DNA from: an uncultured Ectothiorhodospiraceae bacterium
GTDB taxonomy: Bacteria > Pseudomonadota > Gammaproteobacteria > CAYQDX01
Assembly (NCBI GenBank): GCA_964416345.1
Contig: CAYQDX010000003.1
Coordinates: 1 to 41,282 of the forward strand
Length of the DNA: 41,282 nt
Reading direction: 5' to 3'
Part shown: piece by piece, positions 10,853 to 22,700 of the stretch
Position numbering within the stretch: position 1 is the stretch's first letter
Layout of the letters: each line of letters begins with the position of its first letter
The notes under the pieces: generated by a model
The model's database searches: none
Seen by the model: the letters and a program-made list of their open reading frames with translations, nothing else
Told to the model about the DNA's origin: nothing
Translations under genes and position numbers: made by a program

Positions 10853-12367
10853 TCAGCGGGCGTTGTGCAGCTCGAGCACGCTGTTCTCGGGCGCCTGCTT
10901 GCGCCCGCGGGATTTCAGCTCGTCGCTGCGGGCGAGCTCGAGCTGCTCCAGATAGGCCGGCTCGACTCCGGTGACATACTTCCCGTCGAAGCAGGAAGTG
11001 TCGAAGTGCTCGATGTCTGGATTACCGTCTCGGGCCGCGGCGACCAGATCGGCAAGGTCCTGATAGACCAGCCAGTCCGCGCCTACGACCTCGGCGATCT
11101 CCTCGACCGTACGGTTATGGGCCACCAGCTCTTGGGCGGCAGGCATGTCGATGCCGTAGATGTTCTGGAACCGGACCGGCGGCGCCGCCGAGGCGAAATA
11201 GACCTTGCGTGCTCCGGCGTCCCGCGCCATCTGCACGATCTCCTTGGAGGTCGTCCCTCGGACGATGGAGTCGTCGACCAGCAGCACATTCTTGCCCTTG
11301 AATTCGAGGTCGATGGCGTTGAGCTTCTGGCGCACCGAGCGCTTGCGCAGCTTTTGGCCCGGCATGATGAAGGTACGACCGATGTAGCGATTCTTGATAA
11401 AGCCCTCCCGGTACGGTACGTCCAGCTCGAAAGCCAGCTGCAGCGCGGCCGTGCGACTGGTCTCTGGAATGGGAATCACCACGTCGATGTCGTGATCGGG
11501 CCACAGGCGCATAATCCGGTGGGCGAGATTCACCCCCATGCGCAGCCGACACTTGTGCACGTAGATCCGGTCCATGATCGAGTCCGGGCGAGCGAAATAC
11601 ACGTGCTCGAAGATGCAGGGGAACTTCTGGGGAGTCATGGCGCACTGGCGGGTGTGCACGCCGCCGTCTACGTCGATGAACACGGCCTCGCCGGGCTCTA
11701 TGTCACGAATCAGCTCGAATCCCAGCGCGCTCAGGGCAACGCTTTCCGAAGCAATCATATACTCCATGCCGAGCCTTGTCTTCCGCTGGCCATAGACGAT
11801 GGGGCGAATGCCGTAGGGGTCGCGGAAGCCGACGATGCCGTAGCCGGTGATCATGGCCACCGCGGCGTAGGCTCCCTTGCACCGCTTGTGCACCCGTGCC
11901 ACGGCTTCGAACACGTCCGTCGCCGTCAGCCGCAGCTTGCCGAGCTGCAGCAGCTCATGGGCAAGCACATTGAGCAGGACCTCCGAGTCTGAGTCTGTGT
12001 TGATGTGGCGTAGCTCCTCGCGGAACAGGTCGCGTTTGAGCTCCTCTGCATTGATGAGGTTGCCGTTGTGCCCCATGGTGATGCCATAAGGCGTGTTCAC
12101 GTACAGCGGCTGGGCTTCGGCCGAAGAGGCGGTGCCCGCCGTGGGGTAGCGCACGTGGCCGATGCCCATGTTGCCGGGCAGCTTGAGCATGTGACGCGTG
12201 TGGAACACGTCCCGCACCAGCCCATTGTCCTTGCGCAGAAATAGGCGCCCCTGGTCGTAAGTGACCATGCCGGCGGCGTCCTGGCCGCGGTGCTGCAGCA
12301 CCGTGAGACCATCGTAGAGATCCTGATTGATGCTGGACTTGCCTACGATTCCGATAATGCCACACAT
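10853..12367 (-). CDS. purF: Amidophosphoribosyltransferase
   Basis: N-terminal [26 protein letters not shown] motif [13 protein letters not shown]. Confidence 0.98.
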   Translation of the reverse strand: MCGIIGIVGKSSINQDLYDGLTVLQHRGQDAAGMVTYDQGRLFLRKDNGLVRDVFHTRHMLKLPGNMGIGHVRYPTAGTASSAEAQPLYVNTPYGITMGHNGNLINAEELKRDLFREELRHINTDSDSEVLLNVLAHELLQLGKLRLTATDVFEAVARVHKRCKGAYAAVAMITGYGIVGFRDPYGIRPIVYGQRKTRLGMEYMIASESVALSALGFELIRDIEPGEAVFIDVDGGVHTRQCAMTPQKFPCIFEHVYFARPDSIMDRIYVHKCRLRMGVNLAHRIMRLWPDHDIDVVIPIPETSRTAALQLAFELDVPYREGFIKNRYIGRTFIMPGQKLRKRSVRQKLNAIDLEFKGKNVLLVDDSIVRGTTSKEIVQMARDAGARKVYFASAAPPVRFQNIYGIDMPAAQELVAHNRTVEEIAEVVGADWLVYQDLADLVAAARDGNPDIEHFDTSCFDGKYVTGVEPAYLEQLELARSDELKSRGRKQAPENSVLELHNAR

Positions 12368-12480
12368 ATCGGATACCTCACGGGTGGCGCGACAACGGTC
12401 GGTGACCGCGGGAATCTGACGAACCAGCAGCGCGCGACATCGACACCGGAGCGATGGACGGCGGCTTATCCGCAGCGCAC

Positions 12481-12972
12481 TCAGCCGAATACGATGTCAC
12501 TGGCGATGTCTGGCGGCAGAAAGCCACGGAGCCAGATAGCCAGGCCTTGCATATGCGGGATCATAATGGATTCGTGCCACCAGGGATCCGAGGGCAGCGG
12601 TGTGAGGCCGGCTACCAGCACCAGCAGGGCCACCAGCAGCACGCCGCGGGCGATGCCGAACACTACGCCCAGGACGCGATCCGTCCCGTCCAGGCCGCTC
12701 CTGTCGACCAGTTGGCCGACCAGGAAGCCTACCAATGCGACGACGACGATGCTCCCGAGGAGCAGGCCGAAGAAGGCGGCCAGGGTGCGCAATGAGGGCA
12801 CGGAAATGTGGCCCGCCAGCTGCGCCCCCAGCGGCTCGGCGAAGGTCAGCGCCACCCAGAAGGCGATGATCCAGCCCGCCAGGGAGATCGCCTCCCGAAC
12901 GAAGCCCCTGACCACGCTGATCAGCGCCGAGAGCGTGATGATGCCGATGATGAGGTAATCAGCCCAGTTCAC
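12481..12972 (-). CDS. cvpA: CvpA family membrane protein
   Basis: MNWADY..., [23 protein letters not shown]; upstream of purF. Confidence 0.95.
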   Translation of the reverse strand: MNWADYLIIGIITLSALISVVRGFVREAISLAGWIIAFWVALTFAEPLGAQLAGHISVPSLRTLAAFFGLLLGSIVVVALVGFLVGQLVDRSGLDGTDRVLGVVFGIARGVLLVALLVLVAGLTPLPSDPWWHESIMIPHMQGLAIWLRGFLPPDIASDIVFG

Positions 12973-13008
12973 GCCCTTGTGACCACTCCGGTACAGTACA
13001 AACTATAA

Positions 13009-13037
13009 AGTTTAGCAAGAAATTCGTGTGCCTTGAA
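13009..13037 (-). promoter_or_regulatory. Putative sigma70 promoter of cvpA-purF
   Basis: Minus strand TTCAAG-N17-TAAACT with a TG at the extended -10 position, in an AT-rich intergenic gap. Confidence 0.4.
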
Positions 13038-13061
13038 TGCACGGGTTCCGCTGGCGTCGAC

Positions 13062-13844
13062 TCATGGGTAGCTCACCACGAAGGCGTCCAGCTTCAGACG
13101 CCGCTTGAGCTGAGCCCGGAGCGCCTCGGCGTCGGCCCGCTGCAGCTCCGGCCCCACCAGGACACGTACCGACTTGGCACCCCGCTCAAAGTCCGGCTCG
13201 GCAAAGCTGGCATAGCCGCTGTCTCTGAGCTTGTCCCGCAGCGCGGTGGCATTCGACTCGGTGCTGAAGCGTCCGACCTGCACAGCCCAGGCAGTGATGG
13301 CAGTCTCTTTGGCTTGAGCATGAGGCCGGCGGGCCACTCCCGATTTGGGTGCGGCCGCCTGGTGGGACCCGGCAGGAGCCTGCGGAGCCTTGGCGGACGG
13401 TCGTGGGTGTGACTCGGGGCGTTTTGGAGTCCGCTTGGGCTCATGCGGTGGCGGCACTACGAACTTGGCAGGCGGCTCGGGGGCGCTGTCGCCGGACGCC
13501 GCCGGTGTCGCCGCGGGCCTGCTTGGAGGCGCCTGCTCCACCCGTGGCGTCGCGGCCGATGGTGGCGCGGGCGGGGGCGCCTCAGGCGGAGGCGACGCAG
13601 GCCCATCGCTCTCGGGCGGAGGCGGGGCGACGCTGCTGCGGAGCTCCTCGGGGGGCGCCTGCGGCGGCATGGGAATGTGCCGTGGAGGCACACTGACGAC
13701 GCGCGGTGCCGGGGGTATGCTGCTCTGCAGCCCACGGTCGGGCGGTGCGTAATCTCCGTCCAGCAGCAGCGGGATGAAGATTACCCCGAGCGCAATTAGG
13801 ACGACCGCACCGACTAGGCGCTGCTTGAGCTGGCTATCTATCAC
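13062..13844 (-). CDS. dedD: SPOR-domain cell division protein DedD
   Basis: N-terminal QRLVGAVVLIALGVIFIP anchor, Pro-rich linker, C-terminal SPOR (WAVQVGRFS...VRVLVGP); located between folC and cvpA. Confidence 0.9.
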   Translation of the reverse strand: MIDSQLKQRLVGAVVLIALGVIFIPLLLDGDYAPPDRGLQSSIPPAPRVVSVPPRHIPMPPQAPPEELRSSVAPPPPESDGPASPPPEAPPPAPPSAATPRVEQAPPSRPAATPAASGDSAPEPPAKFVVPPPHEPKRTPKRPESHPRPSAKAPQAPAGSHQAAAPKSGVARRPHAQAKETAITAWAVQVGRFSTESNATALRDKLRDSGYASFAEPDFERGAKSVRVLVGPELQRADAEALRAQLKRRLKLDAFVVSYP

Positions 13845-13880
13845 GGGGGGTGTGGCACTGCAAGCCTGTGGGACAACAAA

Positions 13881-15152
13881 TTATAGGGACTCACCCAAGG
13901 CTTCTGCCACCGTATGGAAGGATCCGAAGACCACGACCCGATCCCCGGGCGTTGCCTGCCCTAGCGCGCCGGCGCGGGCTCGGGCGACGCTCTCGTAGCT
14001 CGAGAGGGACAGATTCGGGGCCAGCCCCGCCAGCGCGTCGGCCAGGACACGGGCCGATGCGGAGCGATCCGAGCGTAACGGCGCCACATGCCAACGGTCG
14101 CCGAGGGTGAGCAGCCCCTTCAGGGTGTCGAGCACGTCCTTGTCCGCGAGCATTCCCACCACTAGGTGGGTGCGCCCCGTGCAGGGCTGATCGGCCAGGC
14201 TCTGTGCCAGCACTGCGGCCGCCTCGGGATTGTGTGCCACGTCCAGCACCTGCTCGACCGGGCCGGGAATGACCTGAAATCGGCCGGCCAGCCGGGCAAC
14301 TTGCAGTCCCAATGCGATGTCGGCGGCGGCGACCCGCAGGCGGGGGCGCAGCAGCTCGAGTGCCATGACCACGCCGGCCGCATTGCGCAGCTGGATCCGC
14401 CCCGGCATGGTGGGTCTGGGCAGATCCAGGGTCCTGCCTGTGGGGCCTGTCCAGCGCCAGCGCTCACCGTGCGCCGTATAGTCGTAGGCCTCACCGAGGC
14501 GATACACGGGAGCGGACAGCTGCGAAGCGTGCAGCAGCAGAGACCGGGGCGGCGAGGGGTCCCCGCAGACCACCGGTCTCCCCGGGCGGAAGATCCCGGC
14601 CTTTTCCCGTCCAATGGCCTCCCGGTCGTTACCCAGCCAGGCGGTGTGGTCCATGGCAATGCTGCTGACCAGCGCAAGGTCAGCGTCGACTAGGTTGACC
14701 GCGTCCAGCCGCCCACCCATGCCCACTTCCAGCACTGCCACGTCCACGGCAGACCGCTGAAATATGTCCAGCGCAGCCAGGGTGCCGAACTCGAAGTAGC
14801 TGAGAGAGACCTCGCCGCGGGCCTCGTCGACACGTGCGAAGGCCGCGCACAGGCGTGCGTCGTCGACTTCCCTGCCGCCAAGGCGCACGCGCTCGTTGTA
14901 GCGCAGAACATGCGGGGAGCTGTAGGCGCCCACGTGGTATCCGGTCCGGCCGAGGCTGGCCTCCAGCATGGCCACGCTGGATCCCTTGCCGTTGGTGCCC
15001 GCAACGGTGATCACGGGAATAGGCAGTCCTTCGGGTGCCAGCGCCTGCCAGACGCGGCGGACCCGCTCCAGCCCGAGATCGATGCGCTTGGGATGCAGCG
15101 TCTCCTGCCAGGCCAGCCATCCCGACAGCTCGGTGTAACGCGGTGGCGGCAA
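13881..15152 (-). CDS. folC: Dihydrofolate/folylpolyglutamate synthase
   Basis: IDLGLER, VAGTNGKGS, LEVGMGGRLDAVN, DVAHNP, FGSFHTV. Confidence 0.97.
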   Translation of the reverse strand: MPPPRYTELSGWLAWQETLHPKRIDLGLERVRRVWQALAPEGLPIPVITVAGTNGKGSSVAMLEASLGRTGYHVGAYSSPHVLRYNERVRLGGREVDDARLCAAFARVDEARGEVSLSYFEFGTLAALDIFQRSAVDVAVLEVGMGGRLDAVNLVDADLALVSSIAMDHTAWLGNDREAIGREKAGIFRPGRPVVCGDPSPPRSLLLHASQLSAPVYRLGEAYDYTAHGERWRWTGPTGRTLDLPRPTMPGRIQLRNAAGVVMALELLRPRLRVAAADIALGLQVARLAGRFQVIPGPVEQVLDVAHNPEAAAVLAQSLADQPCTGRTHLVVGMLADKDVLDTLKGLLTLGDRWHVAPLRSDRSASARVLADALAGLAPNLSLSSYESVARARAGALGQATPGDRVVVFGSFHTVAEALGESL

Positions 15153-16034
15153 TCAGGTGGGGGCCGGTTGTCGGGTCAGCGTGGCCAGGAGGCCCGAAAC
15201 TTGGTCGCGCAGCTCCCGTCGATCCACGATCATGTCAATGGCGCCGTGCTCCAGCAGAAACTCGCTGCGCTGAAAGCCTTCCGGGAGGGTCTCGCGCACG
15301 GTCTGCTCGATCACGCGCGGCCCGGCGAAGCCAATCAGGGCGTTGGGCTCGGCCACGTTGACGTCGCCCAGCATCGCCAGGCTGGCCGAGACCCCGCCCA
15401 TGGTGGGGTCGGTCAGCACCGAAACATAGGGGATGCCTTCCCGGGCGAGCTGGGCGAGCACGGTGCCGGTCTTGGCCATCTGCATCAGCGAGAACAGGGC
15501 CTCCTGCATGCGTGCGCCCCCGCTGGCCGAGAAGCATACCAGTGGAATACCCTGCTGCAGACTGGTCTGCGTCGCGCGCACGAACCGCTCTCCTACCACC
15601 GAGCCCATGGAGCCGCCCATGAAGCCAAACTCGAAGGCACAAGCCACCACGGCGACGCCCTTGACCGCCCCCATGATGACCACCAGCGCATCCGACTCGC
15701 CAGTCTGCTTCTGCGCGGTATTGAGTCGATCGCGGTACTTCTTGCTGTCGCGGAACTTCAGCAGGTCCACGGGCTCGAGCGTCTGTCCGATCTCCAGCTG
15801 GGGCTCCGGGTCAAGAAACTGCGCCAGACGCCGGCGGGCTCCGACCCGCGCGTGATGCCCACACTTGGGACAGACCTCCAGATTGCGCTCCAGCTCGGCC
15901 CGATACAGCACCGAATTGCACGCCGGGCACTTGGTCCACAGCCCCTCTGGGACGGCCTTCTTGGTGCTGCCTTCGGTGCGAATCTTCTTTGGCAGCAGCC
16001 GCTCCCACCAGCCCAGCTTCTTCTCCGCGTCCAT
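15153..16034 (-). CDS. accD: Acetyl-CoA carboxylase carboxyltransferase beta subunit
   Basis: Zn finger CPAC...[33 protein letters not shown]. Confidence 0.98.
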   Translation of the reverse strand: MDAEKKLGWWERLLPKKIRTEGSTKKAVPEGLWTKCPACNSVLYRAELERNLEVCPKCGHHARVGARRRLAQFLDPEPQLEIGQTLEPVDLLKFRDSKKYRDRLNTAQKQTGESDALVVIMGAVKGVAVVACAFEFGFMGGSMGSVVGERFVRATQTSLQQGIPLVCFSASGGARMQEALFSLMQMAKTGTVLAQLAREGIPYVSVLTDPTMGGVSASLAMLGDVNVAEPNALIGFAGPRVIEQTVRETLPEGFQRSEFLLEHGAIDMIVDRRELRDQVSGLLATLTRQPAPT

Positions 16035-16038
16035 CGCG

Positions 16039-16851
16039 TCAGCCGGCCCCCGCGTCGATGGCTCGACGCATCTCGGCCAGCATGGTCACCACATTGGAGG
16101 TCAGTGTGGCAGGACTCTCCTGCCCGGCCTCCACCAGCTTCACCAGGGCGCTGCCAATGATGACTGCGTCGGCAAAGCGAGCGACCGCAGCGGCGGAGGC
16201 GGCGTCCTTGATTCCGAAGCCCACGCCGATGGGCAGCTCAGTCAGGGTCCTGATCTGACGCACCCGGTCCGCGACCGCCCCCAGATCCAGGGTGGCGGCC
16301 CCCGTGACCCCCTTCAGAGAGACGTAATAGGCGAAGCCCCCGCCGGCCTCACAGACCCGGCTCACCCGCTCCAGGGTGGTGGTGGGGGCGAGCAGGAATA
16401 TGGGATCGAGTCCGGCAGCGCGCAAGGAGTGGACCAGCTCCCTGCTCTCCTCCGGCGGGAGATCAACCGTCAGCACGCCGTCCACACCGGCCGCGGCCGC
16501 ACTCTGGGCGAAGCTCTGGTAGCCCATGACCTCAATGGGATTCAGGTAGCCCATGAGCACCACTGGGGTGACATCATCGCTGCGGCGGAGCTCCCGGACC
16601 ATTTCCAGCACCCTGCGCAGCGACACGTGATGCCGCAAAGCGCGCTCGCTGGCCCGTTGAATGACCGGCCCGTCGGCCATCGGGTCCGAGAAGGGCACGC
16701 CTAGCTCGATAACATCGGCACCGGCGCCGACCATGGCTTGCAGCAAGGGTACCGTGACCTCGGGCTTCGGATCCCCGGCAGTGATGAAGGGAATCAGCGC
16801 CTTGCGACCTGCCGCCGCCAGCTCCCGAAACCGTCCCGGCAGTCGGCTCAT
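16039..16851 (-). CDS. trpA: Tryptophan synthase alpha chain
   Basis: [32 protein letters not shown]. Confidence 0.98.
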   Translation of the reverse strand: MSRLPGRFRELAAAGRKALIPFITAGDPKPEVTVPLLQAMVGAGADVIELGVPFSDPMADGPVIQRASERALRHHVSLRRVLEMVRELRRSDDVTPVVLMGYLNPIEVMGYQSFAQSAAAAGVDGVLTVDLPPEESRELVHSLRAAGLDPIFLLAPTTTLERVSRVCEAGGGFAYYVSLKGVTGAATLDLGAVADRVRQIRTLTELPIGVGFGIKDAASAAAVARFADAVIIGSALVKLVEAGQESPATLTSNVVTMLAEMRRAIDAGAG

Positions 16852-18101
16852 ACCCGTATGCCTTCGAGCTGGGCCACCGTGTGGATGTCCTTGTCGCCGC
16901 GACCGGAGAGATTGACGATGATGATCTGCTCCGGCCCCAGCTCGGGCGCCAGCTTGGCCGCGTAAGCCAGGGCGTGGCTGGATTCCAGGGCCGGAATGAT
17001 GCCCTCTGTCCGGGTGAGATCATGGAATGCCCGCAGGGCCTCCTGGTCGGTGATGGCCACATACGTAGCCTGCCCGGTGTCCTTAAGCCAGGCGTGCTCG
17101 GGCCCGACCCCGGGGTAGTCCAGACCGGCGGAGATGGAATGGGTCTCGATGATCTGCCCGTCTGCGTCCTCCATGAGGTAGGTCCTGTTGCCGTGCAGAA
17201 CCCCCGGGCGGCCGGCGCACAATGGAGCCGCGTGCCTGCCGGTGGCCAGTCCGGCGCCTGCCGCTTCCACACCGTAAAGCGCTACCTCGGCGTCGCCCAG
17301 AAACGGATGAAATAGACCGATGGCGTTGGACCCGCCGCCCACGCAGGCCACCAGTGCGTCGGGCAGCCGACCCGTTTGCTGCTGAATCTGCTGACGGGCC
17401 TCGCGCCCGATGACCTCCTGAAAATGCCGCACCATCACCGGATAGGGATGGGGCCCGGCCACCGTGCCGATGATGTAGAAGGTGTCGTCCACGTTCGTGA
17501 CCCAGTCGCGCATGGCCTCGTTGAGGGCATCCTTCAGGGTGCGCGAGCCCGAGGTGACGGAGATCACCTCCGCGCCCAGGAGCTTCATGCGATAGACGTT
17601 TATTGCCTGGCGCTTGATGTCTTCGGCCCCCATGTAAACCACACACTTGAGCCCGAAGCGCGCCGCGACGGTGGCGGTCGCCACGCCATGTTGCCCAGCG
17701 CCGGTCTCGGCAATGACCCGCCCCTTGCCCATGCGCCGGGCGAGCAGCGCCTGTCCAACCGTGTTGTTGACCTTGTGGGCTCCCGTGTGGTTGAGGTCCT
17801 CGCGCTTCAGAAAGATTCGCGCCCCACCCAGACGCCGGCTCCAGCGCTCGGCGAAGTACAGCGGGGATGGTCGGCCGACGTATTGTGCCAGGTCCGCGTC
17901 CAGCTCGGACAAGAACTCGGGGTCTTGGACATAGCGCTCATAGGCCAGGCGCAGCTCCTCCAACGGCTCCATGAGCGTCTCGGCGACGAATCGTCCGCCA
18001 TAGGGGCCGAAATGCCCTGCCGCATCGGGCAGCATCATGTCACGCATGGTCTTTGGGCTCGCCTCAAGTCGATGGCTCGTTTCAACCCCGATAGCGCTCA
18101 T
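16848..18101 (-). CDS. trpB: Tryptophan synthase beta chain
   Basis: [46 protein letters not shown]. Start at 18101 has a GGAGG RBS; 18047 is an alternative. Confidence 0.97.
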   Translation of the reverse strand: MSAIGVETSHRLEASPKTMRDMMLPDAAGHFGPYGGRFVAETLMEPLEELRLAYERYVQDPEFLSELDADLAQYVGRPSPLYFAERWSRRLGGARIFLKREDLNHTGAHKVNNTVGQALLARRMGKGRVIAETGAGQHGVATATVAARFGLKCVVYMGAEDIKRQAINVYRMKLLGAEVISVTSGSRTLKDALNEAMRDWVTNVDDTFYIIGTVAGPHPYPVMVRHFQEVIGREARQQIQQQTGRLPDALVACVGGGSNAIGLFHPFLGDAEVALYGVEAAGAGLATGRHAAPLCAGRPGVLHGNRTYLMEDADGQIIETHSISAGLDYPGVGPEHAWLKDTGQATYVAITDQEALRAFHDLTRTEGIIPALESSHALAYAAKLAPELGPEQIIIVNLSGRGDKDIHTVAQLEGIRV

Positions 18102-18717
18102 CCGCCTCCCGCACACCGCGTATGAACGCCGCGATCTTGTCCGCATCCTTGATGCCCTTGCTCGCCTCTACGCCGCCACTCACGTCCACGGCGTAGGGGC
18201 GCACGGCGCGCACGGCCGCCGCCACCGTGTCCGGACGCAGGCCGCCGGCAAGAATGACCGGCAGCCCCAGCTCCTCCGGGACCAGGCGCCAGTCGAATGA
18301 GACACCAGTTCCCCCTGGCGCTCCGGGAATGTACGCATCGAGCAGCAGTCCGGCAGCAGAGCGAAAACGGGCCGCGTGGGCCCCCACATCCACCCCATGG
18401 CGCATCCGCAGCGCCTTGAAGTAGGGGCGCCCGAAAGCCTCGCATTCGGCGGGACTCTCGTTGCCGTGGAACTGCAGCACGTCGACACGCACCGCGGCCA
18501 GCACCTGGCGTACGAGATGTTGCGAAGCGTCGACGAATAGCGCCACCACGCTCACGAATGGCGGCAGGGATGCCACGACTCGCCGCGCGGAGTCGATAGT
18601 GACGAAACGCGGGCTGTGTGGAAAGAACACCAAGCCGACGGCGTCGGCCCCCGCTCGGGCTGCCGCCACTCCGTCCTCTGCCCGGGTGATACCACATATC
18701 TTAACCCGCGTGCGCAT
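18082..18717 (-). CDS. trpF: Phosphoribosylanthranilate isomerase
   Basis: [11 protein letters not shown] start at 18717, [28 protein letters not shown]. Confidence 0.96.
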   Translation of the reverse strand: MRTRVKICGITRAEDGVAAARAGADAVGLVFFPHSPRFVTIDSARRVVASLPPFVSVVALFVDASQHLVRQVLAAVRVDVLQFHGNESPAECEAFGRPYFKALRMRHGVDVGAHAARFRSAAGLLLDAYIPGAPGGTGVSFDWRLVPEELGLPVILAGGLRPDTVAAAVRAVRPYAVDVSGGVEASKGIKDADKIAAFIRGVREADERYRG

Positions 18718-18802
18718 TCGAGTCACAAACTTCGTCGGGTGAGCACAGGAGGTTACGCGCACTGCCCATCCGTTCACAAGCGCTTCGCGGTTGACCTTGG
18801 GC

Positions 18803-19582
18803 TCAAGCAAACGGCAGGGTCTTCGGGACTCCCGGCAGGGCGAACGATTCCGGATACTCCACGCCCATGAGATAGAGCCCGTCCGGGGGTGCGGTGACAC
18901 CTCCCAGGGCACGGTCGCGGGCCCGCAGCACCTCCAGCGCCCAGTCCACGGGCTGCTTGCCCGCCCCGATGGCCATCAACACCCCTGCGATGTTGCGCAC
19001 CAGAGGGTGCAGGAAGGCCTTGGCAACGACGTCCAGGATCACCAGCTCCCCGCGTCGGCTCACCTCCAGTCGGCGGATGGTGCGGACGGGGCTCTTCGCC
19101 TGGCAGGCCTGGGCGCGGAACGAGGAGAAGTCATGCTCCCCCAACAGGTGCCGGGCGGCGGCGCTCATGGCTGTCACCTCCAGAGGGCGGTAGTCCCAGG
19201 TGGCCCGCCCCTGCAGCAATGCCGGCCGTGTGGCCCGGCTCAGGATTGCGTAGCGGTAGTGACGCGACGTGGCGGCAAACCGCGCGTTGAAGGACTGAGG
19301 AACGCTCACCGCCCAAAGGACGCTTATGCCTCCCTTGAGATGGGCGTTGGACCCATGGACCCAGGCTCGCAGGTCTCGCCGGGCCTCGGTGACAAAGTGC
19401 GCCACCTGGCATACGGCATGAACGCCCGCATCGGTTCTACCGGCGCAGGTGACCCGGACGGGGTGGTCGGCAATACGTGAGAGCGCGGCCTCCAGCGTCT
19501 CCTGCACGGTGGCAACGCCGGTCTGGGTTTGCCAACCGTGGAAGTGGCTGCCGTCATACTCGATTCCCAGGGCAATCTTCAT
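18803..19582 (-). CDS. truA: tRNA pseudouridine(38-40) synthase
   Basis: MKIALGIEYDGS start, catalytic AGRTDAGVHA, HDFSSFRA, APPDGLYL. Confidence 0.96.
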   Translation of the reverse strand: MKIALGIEYDGSHFHGWQTQTGVATVQETLEAALSRIADHPVRVTCAGRTDAGVHAVCQVAHFVTEARRDLRAWVHGSNAHLKGGISVLWAVSVPQSFNARFAATSRHYRYAILSRATRPALLQGRATWDYRPLEVTAMSAAARHLLGEHDFSSFRAQACQAKSPVRTIRRLEVSRRGELVILDVVAKAFLHPLVRNIAGVLMAIGAGKQPVDWALEVLRARDRALGGVTAPPDGLYLMGVEYPESFALPGVPKTLPFA

Positions 19583-19651
19583 CGGGGGCGGCGGTGCCGT
19601 GGGCACGGACCATATGGCGTCAGGCAGAGGCCCCCCGCCGCCATTAGACGA

Positions 19652-19707
19652 CTCGGGCCGCTGGCCTACGGTGGCGGTGAACCGCCACCGTAGGCCAGCG
19701 GCCCGAG
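19652..19707. repeat. Perfect 27-bp inverted repeat (hairpin) between fimV and truA
   Basis: CTCGGGCCGCTGGCCTACGGTGGCGGT-GA-ACCGCCACCGTAGGCCAGCGGCCCGAG; the arms are exact reverse complements and there is no poly-T tail. Confidence 0.9.
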
Positions 19708-19711
19708 GTGC

Positions 19712-22700
19712 TCAGTGGGTTATGCGACCGAGAATCTCGTGGGCCTCCGCCTTCTGCTCTGCGCTGCCATCGCTGACGACCTCCTCCAGGATACCCCGTG
19801 CACTTTCTTCGTCACCCATGTCTATGTAGGCCTTGGCCAGATCCAGCTTGGTCGACACTTCATCGGCGTCTTCACCGAGGAAGTCGAGGCCCTCCATCAT
19901 GCCTGTGTCCTCGCCGACGGGTGGTGCCTCCGGCTCAGCGCTCTGGACCTCCCCCAGGCTCAATTCCAGCCCAATGTCCTCCTGGGCCGGGGTCCCGGTC
20001 GGCTGCCCCGTCTCTAGGCCGAGGTCGAGCTCTGCTTCAGCCGACCTGCCGGTGTCTGCGGTATCTTCCGTGTTGAAGTCGAGCGCAAGATCAAGCCCTG
20101 CATATTCTTCGGGACTCGCTACAATCGTCTGGGTCTTGATCTCGGGAGGCGTTTCTTCGCTTTCCAGCTCGAAGTCCAGGCCCAAGTCTTGGTCAGACGT
20201 CTCGGCCGCGCCCTTATCGGCGCCCTCATCCAGGAATCCGAGGTCGAAGTCCATGCCTTCACTTGGCTCTCCCGCGGGGGGTGCGGCAGACTCCCGTCCT
20301 CGGTCCACCGTCGCGTTCGCTGCCTCCTCGGCGGCCTCGCCGAAGTCCACGACGGTTTCCAGTGCACCGCCGGGCGGCGCATGCGGCGGCTCAATGGCGG
20401 CAGTTTGACCAAACTCCCCGAATCCTTCCGCGGCCCCGCTGATCTCCTCCTCGGTGAGCACCATCGTCATCGAATGGGTATCCCCCTCCGGTGCCGCGTG
20501 CTCGGCGAACAGCGGGCTGTCGGGACACACTTCTATGCCCATGCTCACGACGTTGTCCCACATCGGGTCGCTGGTACCACCCAGACGACTGCGCAGGGCT
20601 TCAGCCTCCCGCTCGAACGCCTCGGAATTCTTGGCGCCGTGGTAGACTTCCAGCAGCTTGACTCGCAGCTCGTTGCGATCCGGGTGGCCAACGATGGCCC
20701 CCTTCAGCAGATCTTCCGCCTGAGCATAGCGCCCGTAAGCCATGTAGACATCGGCTTCGGCAATAGGATCGGACGCCTCTCCCGCCTGCAGCGCGACCGT
20801 GTCCACCGCCTGGGCCTGCGCTTCGAGCGAGGCCGTATCATCCAAATCCGTGCTTTCCTCCCCCACGCTCGTCGCCTCGGGGTGAGGCGTGATCGTTTCC
20901 TGGAACTCCTCCCGCTGCATCGCCAAGCGGCGCTTGAGGAAATAGCCGACCCCGCCCAGGCCCAGCAGCACGACGACCAAGCCGCCCAGTGCCAGCGGGC
21001 TGGTCAGCAGCCGGTCGAGCATCCCCACCTCCGAAGGAGCGGGTGACGGTGTGGGGGTCGCGGGCTTCGGCGGCGTCACTGGCTCAGGGGGTGTAACCGG
21101 CTGAGCCGGCTGGGGCGCAGTCTCGGGCGGTGCTGGAGGCGTCACGCTGACAGGCTCACCCACGGAACCCGGCTGCACCACAACTGGATGGGCCCCCTCG
21201 CTGGGTGTCGGCTCCCCAACGGTGATGGGACCCGCCGGCGTCTTCTCGGTGGGAGCGCCACTCTGCGGCGCAGCTGTCTCTACGGGAGCCGCCGGCTCTG
21301 GCGTCTCTGGCGTACCAATGACCAGCGGCTCGGCGCCCAGCTCCGGTGCCGCTTCGATCCTAGTCGGCACTTCCTCGGCCTGCTCCTCGCTCGGCGCCGG
21401 CTCTTGCTCTTCCGACTCCGCAGGCACCGCGGCCGTCTCGGCGGGCTCCTCGCGCGCGACCAGCGCCGGCGCGATCTCGCGTAGGACCGATTCGTCGCCC
21501 ACCGGTGACGGTGCACCGGCCTCGCCTCCGGAGGGCGCCGCCGGTGTCTCGTTCTCGGGCACCACTTCGGCCGGACCGCCCGGCGGCGTCTCATCGGCCT
21601 CCTCCGGTGCGCCGACCGGCGCTACGGCATGCTCGGCGGACGCCGGCTCGGGAACAGCCACCTCCGCGGCGCTGGATGCCTGCTGCAGGTCCCGCTGCAG
21701 TCGCGCGAGCTCATCGTCCTTCAGGGAGATGAGCCGCTGCATGTTGTCGACTTGTCCCTCAAGCTCGCTGACCCGCTCCCGGAGCTCGTGATTCTCACCT
21801 TCCTTGGCCGAGACCTGCTCCAGGGCGAGGCTCAGCCGCTGACGCAAATCTTCGAGATCGCCGCCCGTCTCCGTGCCCTTGACGTCCGCCGCGCTTTCCG
21901 GCTCCATGGCCCGCACGAGCTGCAGCCGGTCCTGGCCGCTGACCTCACCCTTGGAGGCTTGTGTGGGCTTCTCTCCAGACTTCGTGCCGGCCGCAGCCGC
22001 GGTCTCGCCTGCCTGCGCGGTCATAGGCGGCGCCTTGACTGCGCCGGTCGCCTGCTCGCGGTATTCCAACCACGCCTGATACTGCCGCGTAATCTCCTGG
22101 GCCGCTTCGTTGCTGCTGACCTCCGCAATCTCATCCCGCGAGGGCGCACGCAGGATCCGGCCGGTCTTCAGGTTGTTGACGTTGTTGGCAAAGAAAGCGT
22201 CGGGATTGGCATGAAACAGCGCCACGAGAGTCTGGGGGACGCTCACGGAGTCGTCGGGCCGGACCTGCTGGGCGATCTCCCAGGCGGTGTCACCACGGGC
22301 AGTCGGGCCGTAGCTGCCGGGCGGCGCCCCAGCGACTGGAGTGCTTGGAGCAGCGGGTGCTCCGGCGGGCGCCGGCGCAGAGACAGGAGACTGGGTAACG
22401 GGCATCACTTCCATCGGCGCAGTCGCCACGGGAGCCCGGATCGGAGCCGGCGCACGGCGCACAAAGGTCGGCGGGTCGACTAGAGCCGTATATTCGCGCA
22501 CTAGGTTGCCATTGGGCCAGTTGACCTCGACGAGGAAATCGAGATAGGGCTCCTTGATGGGGTCGTGGGAGCTGACGCGTATGTATGGCTTGCCGTTGCG
22601 ACCGGAAACGACCTCGAACCTGAGCTTGGTGAGGAAGAACGGCCGGTCGATGCCCGCGCGCTCGAAGGCGCCCGGCGAGGCCAGACGCACGACGATGTCC

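Noticed and set aside
21040-21700. Pro/Glu/Ala-rich repeats (PVTPP) in fimV, and the similar Pro-rich linker of dedD
   Set aside because: Ordinary low-complexity linkers of these families; not a DNA repeat array or CRISPR.
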